This document shows, piece after piece, positions 19,801 through 27,405 of a DNA stretch of 64,000 bases. Both the position numbers and the translations under genes were made by a program. How positions within the stretch are numbered: the stretch's first letter is position 1; every line of letters starts with the position of its first letter. The DNA is from Candidatus Eiseniibacteriota bacterium (GTDB lineage Bacteria; Eisenbacteria; RBG-16-71-46; CAIMUX01; VGJL01), in assembly GCA_041946735.1 (NCBI GenBank), contig JBHGAY010000004.1, positions 96,001-160,000 on the forward strand. The letters are read 5' to 3'. The notes below the pieces were generated by a model. The model saw only the letters and a program-made list of their open reading frames with translations. It made no database searches and had not been told where the DNA came from.

Positions 19801-20084
19801 TGGGCTTTCCAGCAGTTGCCGTAGAGGCGGAGCGCGTAGGAGCTGCCGTCGTGGGTGTTGTCCGGCTCGATCTCCCAGCGATCCGGCTCCAGGTCCTGCC
19901 CGGAACCGTAGGAGACGAGGTCGGCCTCGCCCGACTCGAAATCGGCGAGCACCTCCGCCCGCGCCGATGCGCCTACCGTGCCGCTGGCTACGCCGAACGA
20001 GGCGAGCGTGAATGCCAGGGCGAAGACGAGCGCTCCGCCGGCGTCGAGTCGGCGGATGCAGGCGGCGCGAGCGATACGTCTCAT
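16899..20084 (-). CDS. capA: Secreted multidomain CapA/PgsA (poly-gamma-glutamate-associated metallophosphatase-like) protein with PKD, CBM-like and FlgD/T9SS-type domains
   Basis: GGAGGA RBS; signal peptide; YAWDFGDG (PKD); VGDVML, CNLECPL, GNNHIVDYG, SGAG, MHAG.EY, GADLVIAHHPHVLQ, HSLGNF.FDQ; PRPNPF...FDLGGRRVA..LASGLYF tail. Confidence 0.88.
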   Translation of the reverse strand: MRRIARAACIRRLDAGGALVFALAFTLASFGVASGTVGASARAEVLADFESGEADLVSYGSGQDLEPDRWEIEPDNTHDGSSYALRLYGNCWKAQPIVPYAIDAGTVLTVAVFVEEIGEMQAFGVTDGTNALLYTFAGSQLPADPEWEVAYQGAFPTGVWNVYYLPVGRDFVSRYGYEPALTALVYVNDRDDATDGITVFDDVRDVTADLPIAPEAEIVRGLQRVVPLDRGLYRVGVQFHAQVEDPDSDPDSLSYAWDFGDGGTSAIPDPFHEFVVASDHTYAVTLGVQDETGLWGRDSAQVTVEPGGEEAPVTLAFVGDVMLARRYEAPGGVIHDRGPEAIFVPTRPFYGDEAEMAICNLECPLTDEGEPHPTKPYVFRGKPENVAGLLYAGIDVVGLGNNHIVDYGQPGLDETIRVLDTAGIQWSGAGDDEYAALQPTIRTERGVSFGFLSQCNRTGREYNQQPFLDAAYDKAGFAYLREPNLGDAIAGLRPLVDQLVIQMHAGHEYVTFPKESGPGAGAGAGAGGWPAEPPLDAVGPLPAIDDGGEGVQDDQSVRGAGAEGAAAGENEDEDENVSRFRFPTRPHEIDRQLRWRAIEEGADLVIAHHPHVLQGFEVYQGVLIAHSLGNFAFDQSFAETFPSVILYAECTKDAFQAFTFRPVFIDDTIPRIATGRLGREILDRMADYSRELATTVTVDPARLLATIHLDPGGLAWQVTGVARTVPAKESEGGWWVSEPIEHRGAGTISAVVDVAAPGDAEVRVGREILWHGDFEDEGATLWNLNSGDERYDETVVSAGLRSLRQHRTPQNVGPVTTDFEGYPACLGGREYTVLGKVRTENAGEARIEARFCAGRGGQAVATIVAGPVPAGTQGWTPIEGSGAVPEEGVFFMPRCVTDRPLSGDGYSWFDEVRLIEWEPWRPAADAGQIEHPNNYRFVQARSSSVTDSIRVEWEERSISSTAAAGDDRSGADAGRSLWMAPPRPNPFADRVAIEYHLPRAAHVRIEMFDLGGRRVAVLFDGAQAAGRHRSDFIADRLASGLYFCRVEAGSEVRVEKVLLLR

Positions 20085-20197
20085 CGATCCTCCGTGGTCA
20101 AGGCGAGGTGTGGAAACAGCGCCAATCAAGGATATCATGATCGCGGCTCCCTTCGACAGGGGGACCGTGCGAGGCGCAGAGCAGGAGGAGCGAGAGA

Positions 20198-20902
20198 TTG
20201 GCCAGGCTCCATCAAATCTTCATCGGATGTCCGTTTCGCCCATCGATCCGCAAGCGTTACGACCGGCTGAAAGAGGAGATCGAGCGCGAGACGCCGCTCT
20301 CGGTGGTCCTCGCCGACACGACCTCCATTCGGTCCACCGAGTCGCTCTTGCGGCACATCACCGATCGCATCCGTGAGTCTGCCGGCTGCATCTTCGACGT
20401 CACGGGCGGCAATCCCAACGTCTCGCTCGAGGTCGGGATCGCCCACGCCCTCGCGGTCGACTTCGTCCTGACGCTCGACACGCGCAGGCCGGGGCGAGCC
20501 CAAGCGAGCCGGGGCGGCCGCGGCAAGGCCGTTTCGGCCGGCGCTCCCGCGTCGCAGTCCTCGGACGCGCGCGCGATCATCTCGGATCTGCAGGGACGTA
20601 ACCGGATCGAGTACAAGACCTACGCGGGGCTTCGCGAGTCTCTGCGTGCCCGATACCTGGCCCGCCTGCCGTTCCTTCGCCGGTGGCATGAGTTCCGCAG
20701 GAGGAACCGCGCGATGGAGGCACAGGCGCTCCAGCTGCTCCACGAGATCCGCGCCGACGGTCCGGTCCCGCAGGCCCGGGTCGCGGCGCTTCTCGATGGA
20801 AGCGGAGTCGATGCGAGGCGCTTTCTCGACGCGCTCTCGAAGGCGGGGCTAGTCGCTCGCGAGCGTGGCCGGAAGGGGACGATCGGCATTGCCGATCATT
20901 GA
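20198..20902 (+). CDS. Nucleoside 2-deoxyribosyltransferase/TIR-like domain fused to a C-terminal winged HTH
   Basis: TTG start with AGGAGG RBS; IFIGCPF...CIFDVTGGNPNVSLEVGIAHAL...ISDLQG...IEY; C-terminal helices ending LDALSKAGLV. Confidence 0.6.
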   Translation: MARLHQIFIGCPFRPSIRKRYDRLKEEIERETPLSVVLADTTSIRSTESLLRHITDRIRESAGCIFDVTGGNPNVSLEVGIAHALAVDFVLTLDTRRPGRAQASRGGRGKAVSAGAPASQSSDARAIISDLQGRNRIEYKTYAGLRESLRARYLARLPFLRRWHEFRRRNRAMEAQALQLLHEIRADGPVPQARVAALLDGSGVDARRFLDALSKAGLVARERGRKGTIGIADH

Positions 20903-20917
20903 GGAGGATCGAAGACC

Positions 20918-21442
20918 ATGCGAAGACCGCCCGAGATCCACGTGGCTCCGACGACAGCCGCCGACCTCCCGGATCTGATGGCCCTTTGGAACGACGGTCG
21001 TGTGATGCGATGGGTCGGCTTCCCTGATGGGCTCGGCTACGACGAGGCCAGGATTGCGCGCTGGTTCGCCGGAATCTCCGCGAAGCCCGACCGGCGCCAC
21101 TGGACCGTGCGCTCGCCGGACGTCGGGTTCTGTGGGGAGCTGTACGCCGAGATCGATCGCGTCCACCGCCGGGCCGGGCTCGACATCAAGTTTCGCCCGG
21201 ATGCGCAGGGTTGCGGCCGCTCGGCGGCCGCCATGCTTTCCCTCATCGACGGGATCTTCGAGACGGAGCCCGAGGTCCACGCGGTCTGGACCGAGCCTTG
21301 GGAGGAGAACCTGGCCGCTCGCACTCTCTACTACCGTTGCGGGCTTCGACCCGCCGAGCGGCCGGCGGATCTGGAGCCGTTTCCGTCCTATTGGGAGCTG
21401 AGACGCGAGCGCTGGGAGGCCGCGCGCGCCGGCCGAGGTTGA
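20918..21442 (+). CDS. GNAT family N-acetyltransferase (RimJ/RimL-like)
   Basis: GAGGAGG RBS; DL..L..LWND..VM, motif A AQGCGRS, ENLAARTLY.RCG. Confidence 0.75.
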   Translation: MRRPPEIHVAPTTAADLPDLMALWNDGRVMRWVGFPDGLGYDEARIARWFAGISAKPDRRHWTVRSPDVGFCGELYAEIDRVHRRAGLDIKFRPDAQGCGRSAAAMLSLIDGIFETEPEVHAVWTEPWEENLAARTLYYRCGLRPAERPADLEPFPSYWELRRERWEAARAGRG

Positions 21443-21454
21443 TCGCGCCTCCGC

Positions 21455-21484
21455 TTGTCCGCTTCGACCCCAGCCGCCTAGAAT
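21455..21484 (+). promoter_or_regulatory. Putative sigma70 promoter
   Basis: TTGTCC-N18-TAGAAT 11 nt before ATG 21496. Confidence 0.4.
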
Positions 21485-21495
21485 GGTTGGGCGCG

Positions 21496-23169
21496 ATGAA
21501 AGGCTGCATCTTCGTCACTCGCGGGCGCGCCGTCCTGGGGCTCGTCCGCCCGCTCCCGCCGATCCCGGCGCTTGCGACGCTCGGCGCGCTCGGCGCTTTG
21601 CTCCTGCTCGCTCTGGGACTTCTCTCCGTCCCTGCGCGCGCCGGATCGCCCCCCGCGGCGCGGGTCTCTCTCCTTCCCTTCTCCGAGGAAGGTGAAGAGT
21701 GCACGATTGCGGTGGCGTCCGGGCTGGCGACTGCGGACGGCCGCCCCATCCTGTGGAAGAATCGCGATACCGGCTACCAGGACAACGAAGCGGTCTACTT
21801 CGATGACGGTCTCTATCGCTACGTGACGCTCGTCAACGCCGGGCAGACGGACGAGGCATGGATCGGGGTCAACGAGCGGGGATTCGCGATCGCGAACGCG
21901 CTCTCTCACAATCTCCCGGACAGCCTCTACATTGGGATCACGAACGGCGAGCTGATGAAGCGGGCGCTGCAGATCTGCGGGACGGTCGAGGATTTCGAGG
22001 GGTATCTCAAGACGACGAACAAGCTCGGCCGCCAGAACCCCGCGAATTTCGCAGTCCTCGATGCCGCGGGCGGCGCCGCGATGTTCGAAGCCGGCAACCG
22101 CCACTACCTTCGCTACGATGCCGCGGTCGCGCCACGCGGTGTTCTCGTCCGCACGAACTTCTCCTTCTGGGCAGACACGACCGGCTACGAGACGTGGAGA
22201 TTCCGTCGGTGCTCGCAGCTCGTCGGGCAGGCCATTCAGATGCACCGCCTGATGGTCCGGACGTTTCTGCAGGAGATCGCGCGCGACATCCGGCCCGCCG
22301 ATCTCGATCCCTACCCGCTACCGTTCGAGGGAACGCCTCCCGAGGATCCGAAGGCGCATGGGTACGTTTGCACCGCGAACACGATCAATCGGCGCAACAC
22401 GGTGGCCGGGGGCGCCGTGCTGGGGGTGCGCGCCGGAGAAGACCCCATGCTCAGCGCGTTCTTCGCGGCGCTCGGCCAGCCGGTCTCCACCATCCCGCTC
22501 CCGGTGTGGGTCGCCGCCGGCGCGACGCCGCCGGAGATGGACGGAGCGCTGACGTCGCCGGTCTGCGACGAGGCGAAGGAGCGGATGGAGCGGATCTACG
22601 ACTATCTCCCGAACTTCACGCTGCTGAACACCTACGAGCTCCGATCCCCTTCGCGTGGCTGCTACCTGGCGCAGGCCGAAAGGGTCGAGCGCTGGATCTT
22701 CGATCAGGCCGATCTCGAGCTGAATCGCTGGCGGCGCGAGGGGGCGACTCCGGAGGAGATGCGCCAGGCGGAGCAATGGATCGCGCAGCGGGCTTTCCGC
22801 GCATGGCAGAAGGGAGAGCCTCTTCCGGGGGAGGTTCGTCTCGATCTCTACGCGTATGCCTCCCCGAATCCTTCGCGCGGTGCGACGATCCTCCGGATCG
22901 AATCCGAGCGCGCGCTGCCGGCGGGGCTCGCGCTCGAGCTGTTGGACGTCCAGGGACGGCGGGTCGTCCGCCTGCCGGCCGGACCCGAGACGGCGGACCA
23001 TTCGCCGGGCGGGCAGGCTTGGCCCGCGAACGCGCGCAGCGTCCTTTGGGATGGCCGGGATGCCAGCGGGCGGAGGGTCTCGGCCGGCATCTACTTCTAC
23101 CGCCCCGTGCTCGCGAACGGGGAGGCCTCCGCCAGCGCTCCCGCCGGTTCCGTCGTGCTCGTTCCCTGA
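21496..23169 (+). CDS. Secreted Cys-nucleophile Ntn hydrolase (C45/C69, carcinine hydrolase/IPN acyltransferase-like) with FlgD/T9SS-type domain
   Basis: Signal peptide; EE|CTIAVASG..TADGRPILWKNRD, GVNERGFAIAN, NFAVLDA.G.AAMFE, RTNF; SPNP...LDVQGRRV...WDGRDASG...AGIYF tail. Confidence 0.82.
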   Translation: MKGCIFVTRGRAVLGLVRPLPPIPALATLGALGALLLLALGLLSVPARAGSPPAARVSLLPFSEEGEECTIAVASGLATADGRPILWKNRDTGYQDNEAVYFDDGLYRYVTLVNAGQTDEAWIGVNERGFAIANALSHNLPDSLYIGITNGELMKRALQICGTVEDFEGYLKTTNKLGRQNPANFAVLDAAGGAAMFEAGNRHYLRYDAAVAPRGVLVRTNFSFWADTTGYETWRFRRCSQLVGQAIQMHRLMVRTFLQEIARDIRPADLDPYPLPFEGTPPEDPKAHGYVCTANTINRRNTVAGGAVLGVRAGEDPMLSAFFAALGQPVSTIPLPVWVAAGATPPEMDGALTSPVCDEAKERMERIYDYLPNFTLLNTYELRSPSRGCYLAQAERVERWIFDQADLELNRWRREGATPEEMRQAEQWIAQRAFRAWQKGEPLPGEVRLDLYAYASPNPSRGATILRIESERALPAGLALELLDVQGRRVVRLPAGPETADHSPGGQAWPANARSVLWDGRDASGRRVSAGIYFYRPVLANGEASASAPAGSVVLVP

Positions 23170-23332
23170 CGGCTCTGCTGCCGGGCCGGAAACGTGGAGC
23201 CGCGGACGAGGCCGGCCGGCGGCGTCGTCCCGGACTCCTCGGGCCCGGAACAGGGGCGCCGCGGAGCGCGGGCACCGCGGGGGCGGGGGCGCTGCGGGGG
23301 GCGGCGCGGCGATCTTCCTGCCCGGTCATTCT

Positions 23333-23360
23333 TTGCACCGGGGGGCGCGGGCGCTATGAT
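23333..23360 (+). promoter_or_regulatory. Putative sigma70 promoter of the pgs operon
   Basis: TTGCAC-N16-TATGAT about 190 nt upstream of pgsB. Confidence 0.5.
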
Positions 23361-23552
23361 TAGAAGGGTTTCTTTCGACCGCCCGGGGGCTGGGGATCGG
23401 CTGGAGCGACGGGATCCGGACGGGCCGTGGTCCCATGCGCGCGATTCCCCGGCTCCTCGAGGTCAGAACCGCTTGGAGTCTGGCCAGCCGGGCCGGCGCG
23501 GGGTCCGCGTCGCCGGAAGACGCCACAAGGTCCGTCGGAAGGTAGGTCAAGC

Positions 23553-24722
23553 TTGGCAGTCCTGCTGCTGATGCTCGCTCTCGTGCTCGTTCTGTGGGGG
23601 CACGAGGCGATCCGGCATCGCCGCGCCCTGCGGGCGCTGGAGATCCGGATCCACGTCAACGGGACTCGGGGGAAGTCCTCCGTTACCCGTCTGCTCGCCG
23701 GCGCGCTTCGCGAGGCGAACATCCCGACCTTCGCCAAGACGACCGGCTCCACGGCGCGACTGATCTTCCCGGACGGTCACGAGGAGCCGATCGTGCGCGT
23801 GGGCAGCCCGAACATCTGCGAGCAGATCGGCGTGCTCGACCAGGCGCGACGCTCCGGGGCGCGGGCGATCGTCATGGAGTGCATGGCGGTTCGTCCCGAC
23901 CTGCAGAAGGTCTGCGAGCATTCGATCATGAAGTCCTCGATCGGCGTCTGCACCAACGTGCGGCCCGACCACCTCGACGTCATGGGGCCGACGGTCGACG
24001 ACGTCGCCGTGGCGCTTTCCTCGACGGTGCCGAAGAGAGCCACCGCCGTCCTGGGCGACGCCCGCTTCCGCTCCGTCTACCGGAAAGTGGCGGCGGCGCG
24101 CCGCTCGGAGCTGATCGTCAGCGGTCCGTCCGACCTTCCGCCTGGGGCGATGGACGGCTTCCGCTACGTCGAGCACGAGGAGAACGTCGCCACGGCGCTC
24201 GCCGTCACACGGAGGCTTCACATTCCGGACGAGACGGCGCTGCGCGGCATGTACCGCGCCACCCCGGACGTCGGAGCGTGCACGCGCTGGACGCTCGAGC
24301 GTTCGGGCCGGCCGATCGAGTTCGTGAACATTTTCGCCGCGAACGATCTCGAATCGACGATCCAGATCTGGCGGATGCTGGGGCTGCAGAGCCTGCCGGA
24401 GGAGACGACCTTCGCGTTGATCAATCTTCGCGGCGATCGCGTCGATCGCTCGCTGCAGTACGCGGCCGCGGTCGAAGGCGGGCTGCGGGCCGACTTCTAC
24501 GTCTTGGTCGGCGACTTCCCGGATACCGTGCTGCAGCAGTTCCGCCGGCAGGTGCCGGAAGAGCGGCTGGTGCCGATTGGGCGAGAGGTGCCGCAAGCGA
24601 TCTTCGACCGGATCGCGTCTCTGAGCGACCGGCGCGCGCGCGTCGGAGGGGTGGGGAACATCGGCGGGTTGGGTCACGAGATCCTGCGGTACGTGGCCCA
24701 GGAAGGAGGACCGACGTGCTGA
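23553..24722 (+). CDS. pgsB: Poly-gamma-glutamate synthase PgsB/CapB (Mur-ligase family)
   Basis: N-terminal TM; RIHVNGTRGKSSVTRL, AKTTGS, NICEQ, MECMAVRP, TNVRPDHLDVMGPT, N.FAAND..ST, N.RGDR.DRS, GVGNIGG.G; TTG start inferred. Confidence 0.93.
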   Translation: MAVLLLMLALVLVLWGHEAIRHRRALRALEIRIHVNGTRGKSSVTRLLAGALREANIPTFAKTTGSTARLIFPDGHEEPIVRVGSPNICEQIGVLDQARRSGARAIVMECMAVRPDLQKVCEHSIMKSSIGVCTNVRPDHLDVMGPTVDDVAVALSSTVPKRATAVLGDARFRSVYRKVAAARRSELIVSGPSDLPPGAMDGFRYVEHEENVATALAVTRRLHIPDETALRGMYRATPDVGACTRWTLERSGRPIEFVNIFAANDLESTIQIWRMLGLQSLPEETTFALINLRGDRVDRSLQYAAAVEGGLRADFYVLVGDFPDTVLQQFRRQVPEERLVPIGREVPQAIFDRIASLSDRRARVGGVGNIGGLGHEILRYVAQEGGPTC

Positions 24723-25180
24723 TCGCGGAAGCGATCGGTATTGGGATCGTCGCCAGTCTGCTCTTCACCGAGGCGATCGGATTCGCGGCGGGCGGATTCG
24801 TCGTCCCCGGCTACATCGCTCTCTACCTCGACCGTCCCATGCAGGTCATCGGGACGGTCCTGGCCGCGCTCGTGACCTACGGGTGCCTGAAGCTGACCGG
24901 ACGATTCCTGCTGATCTACGGGCGGAGGAACCTCGTTCTCGCCGTCCTGCTCGGCTTCGTCTTCGGCGCGCTGACCGCCCAGATCCCGACCGAGCCGCTC
25001 GGCTCGCTCGAGGGTGGCCTGGCGGCGATCGGCTTCATCATCCCGGGCCTGCTCGCCTATTGGATGACGCGGCAAGGGATCGTGCGAACGCTCGCCGCGA
25101 TGGCGGTCGCCGCCGTGCTCGTGCGGCTGGCCCTCATCGTCCTTCATGGAGGTGCGCTCCTTGAGACGGCTACTCTCTAG
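24716..25180 (+). CDS. pgsC: Poly-gamma-glutamate biosynthesis membrane protein PgsC/CapC
   Basis: GTG start with AGGAGG RBS, overlapping pgsB; IGIGIV.SL.F.E..G..AGG.VVPGYIAL, IYGRR, AIGFIIPGL.A.W..RQG. Confidence 0.93.
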   Translation: MLIAEAIGIGIVASLLFTEAIGFAAGGFVVPGYIALYLDRPMQVIGTVLAALVTYGCLKLTGRFLLIYGRRNLVLAVLLGFVFGALTAQIPTEPLGSLEGGLAAIGFIIPGLLAYWMTRQGIVRTLAAMAVAAVLVRLALIVLHGGALLETATL

Positions 25181-26342
25181 CGCTCGCGGCGCCTCCTGGA
25201 CGCGAAGGGCGGATCTGTTTCTCGTCGCTCTCGCTGTGCTCGGCCTCGGGATCCATACGCTGACCGAGTCGACCCGACGGATGAATCCGAGACCCTACCT
25301 CGCGGAGAAGATGGGGGCGGCCACGCGCGCGATCCGTTGTTTCGAGGCGATCCGCGAGGCGCGGCTCGGCACACCGTCCTCCCAGGATACGGAGAACGAC
25401 CCGGAGGGCAGCGGGCTGATCGGGCAGGAGTTCACGCTGACGACGACGGACCGTGGAGTGCTGGAGGCGAAGCTCACCTCGGTCAATCCGAACTTCGCCG
25501 CGGTCTTCGTCGAGTACTTCAAGGACATGGGACTCGAGAGGGGCGACGCGGTCGCGATCGCGCTGACCGGCTCCTTCCCTGCCTTGAACGTCACCGTGCT
25601 CGCGGCGGCCGAGGAGTTGGGGCTGCGCGCTCTGCCGATCACCTCCGTGGGAGCGTCGATGTGGGGCGCCAACGATCCCTCCTTCACCTGGCTCGACATG
25701 GAAACGCTCCTGAACAGGCAGGGGCTGCTTGCGACGCGTTCGATCGGGGCGTCGATCGGGGGAAGCAACGACCGCGGGAGGGGCTTGAGCCCGCGCGGGC
25801 GCGCCTTGCTGCGCGAGGCGATCGAGCGCAACGGTGTCGCGCTGATCCGCGAGCCGACGCTCGACGAGTCGGTGAAGAAGAGGCTCGAGATGTACCGCGA
25901 GGCGGCGGGACCGGCCGGCGTCAGGGCGTTCGTGAACGTCGGAGGCGGCGCGGCGGCCACCGGCACCCAGCAGAACTCGGACCTGATCCCGCCTGGGGTG
26001 AACCGGTCGCTGAAGCCCTACAACTGGACTCAGAGAGGCGTGATCCACTACTTCGGCCGCGAGCGCATTCCGTTCGTGCATGTCCTGAACATCGAATCGA
26101 TCGCGCAGGCGAATGGCCTTCCGACCGTCCCGGAGCGGGTGCCGCCGGTCGGCGAGGGAGAGGTCTTCTACCGCGAGATGTACGATCTGCGGATCGCCGG
26201 GCCGGCCCTGGCGGTCTATCTCGTGCTCTGCTTCGGAGTCCTGCGCGCGCGGCATCGCGCGGCCCAGGCGGCGCGGGTCGTGGAGGTGCCGGCGGCGATC
26301 ACGGCCATCGGCGCCGAGCCGGTCTCTCAAAGTCGCGGATGA
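25161..26342 (+). CDS. pgsW: Poly-gamma-glutamate system protein (PgsW-type)
   Basis: GGAGGT RBS + TTG (alternative ATG at 25146); NDP..SGLIG.EF..TTTD.G.LEAKLTS.NPNFAA, GSFPALN, SVGASMWGAN.P..TWLDME..L, SIGG..D.G, NVGGG; N- and C-terminal TM. Confidence 0.88.
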   Translation: MRRLLSSARGASWTRRADLFLVALAVLGLGIHTLTESTRRMNPRPYLAEKMGAATRAIRCFEAIREARLGTPSSQDTENDPEGSGLIGQEFTLTTTDRGVLEAKLTSVNPNFAAVFVEYFKDMGLERGDAVAIALTGSFPALNVTVLAAAEELGLRALPITSVGASMWGANDPSFTWLDMETLLNRQGLLATRSIGASIGGSNDRGRGLSPRGRALLREAIERNGVALIREPTLDESVKKRLEMYREAAGPAGVRAFVNVGGGAAATGTQQNSDLIPPGVNRSLKPYNWTQRGVIHYFGRERIPFVHVLNIESIAQANGLPTVPERVPPVGEGEVFYREMYDLRIAGPALAVYLVLCFGVLRARHRAAQAARVVEVPAAITAIGAEPVSQSRG

Positions 26343-26379
26343 CGGCGACAGAGACCGGAGGGAACGTGGAGGGAAAGGA

Positions 26380-27363
26380 ATGATTCCGATGCGTAGCGGC
26401 GGTTCGAGCGATCCGAGCGATTCGAGGTCCCGGTGGCGGCGGGACTGCCAGGGCTTGCGTCTCGCCGCGATCCTCGCCGTCCTCTGCCTTGCCGCGACGC
26501 CGCTGCTGTCCGATGCCGCCGCGGGGAACCGGATCCAGCCGCTTCGCGACGCGGGCGTCGCCAAGATCAAGGTCGGGCGGAAGACGTCCACCTACCACCG
26601 GGCGACGGCGGCGGAGCCGATCGAGTTTCGCGTGACCGGCCCGACACCGGTTCGAATCCTGAGCCGTTACCTGTACGCGAAGGGACAGGCTTCCGCGCCG
26701 GTCTCCTACAGGCTGGAGGTTTCGATCGATGGCGTGGCCCTTCCTTCCCCTCCCGAAAGGGCGAAGCCGAGCAAGAGCACCTGGAAGGGCAGGCCGGTCG
26801 GTACGCTCGAGCGGGAGATCGTCCGGATTCCCGCCGGCAGCCATCGGGTCCTCGTACGACCGGTGAATCCGAAGGCGACCGTCGCGGTCCGGATCTTCCT
26901 CGGAGGCGGAGAGCGGGCGAGAGTCAACTGGATCGACTTCGCCCCCGAGACCTATCCAAAATCCCTCCGCTTGCATCGGAGCGATCAGGAGATCGCGTGC
27001 TACCGCCTGGAGCCCGGCAGTCCCGTGGAGATGCCGCCGATCCATGGTCCGCTGCGCCTGCGCATCGAGAGTCGGATCGATTTCGGCTTCGCGAACGGCT
27101 ACACGCAAAGCTACATCGTCAAGACCCTGCTCGATGGCAAGCCATGGCACAGCTTCGCGCTCAAGTCCCGGGCGAGCCACACCACGAGCTACCCGGATCT
27201 GCCCGAGGTGACGCCTGGCCTGCTGCGTCAGTTCGAGGTCGAGGTGCCGCCTGGAACGCACGTCGTCACCTTCGAGCTCGACGGGACGACGGCAGGCGGC
27301 GCGACGCTTCGGATCCGCGCGCCGCAGAGCGAGATCAACGAAGGGATCAGGCGGGCCGGATAG
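26380..27363 (+). CDS. Secreted hypothetical protein, two similar beta-sandwich domains; last gene of the pgs operon
   Basis: AAGGA RBS, signal peptide, internal duplication (V.GP..V/LRI.SR...Y....LDG...IP.G.H.V); followed by a terminator. Confidence 0.75.
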   Translation: MIPMRSGGSSDPSDSRSRWRRDCQGLRLAAILAVLCLAATPLLSDAAAGNRIQPLRDAGVAKIKVGRKTSTYHRATAAEPIEFRVTGPTPVRILSRYLYAKGQASAPVSYRLEVSIDGVALPSPPERAKPSKSTWKGRPVGTLEREIVRIPAGSHRVLVRPVNPKATVAVRIFLGGGERARVNWIDFAPETYPKSLRLHRSDQEIACYRLEPGSPVEMPPIHGPLRLRIESRIDFGFANGYTQSYIVKTLLDGKPWHSFALKSRASHTTSYPDLPEVTPGLLRQFEVEVPPGTHVVTFELDGTTAGGATLRIRAPQSEINEGIRRAG

Positions 27364-27371
27364 GCGATCTC

Positions 27372-27405
27372 CCCGCATCTTCCTCGCCTGTGCGGGCTTT
27401 TATTT
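27372..27405 (+). terminator. Terminator of the pgs operon
   Basis: CCCGCA...TGCGGG stem followed by CTTTTATTT. Confidence 0.55.
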
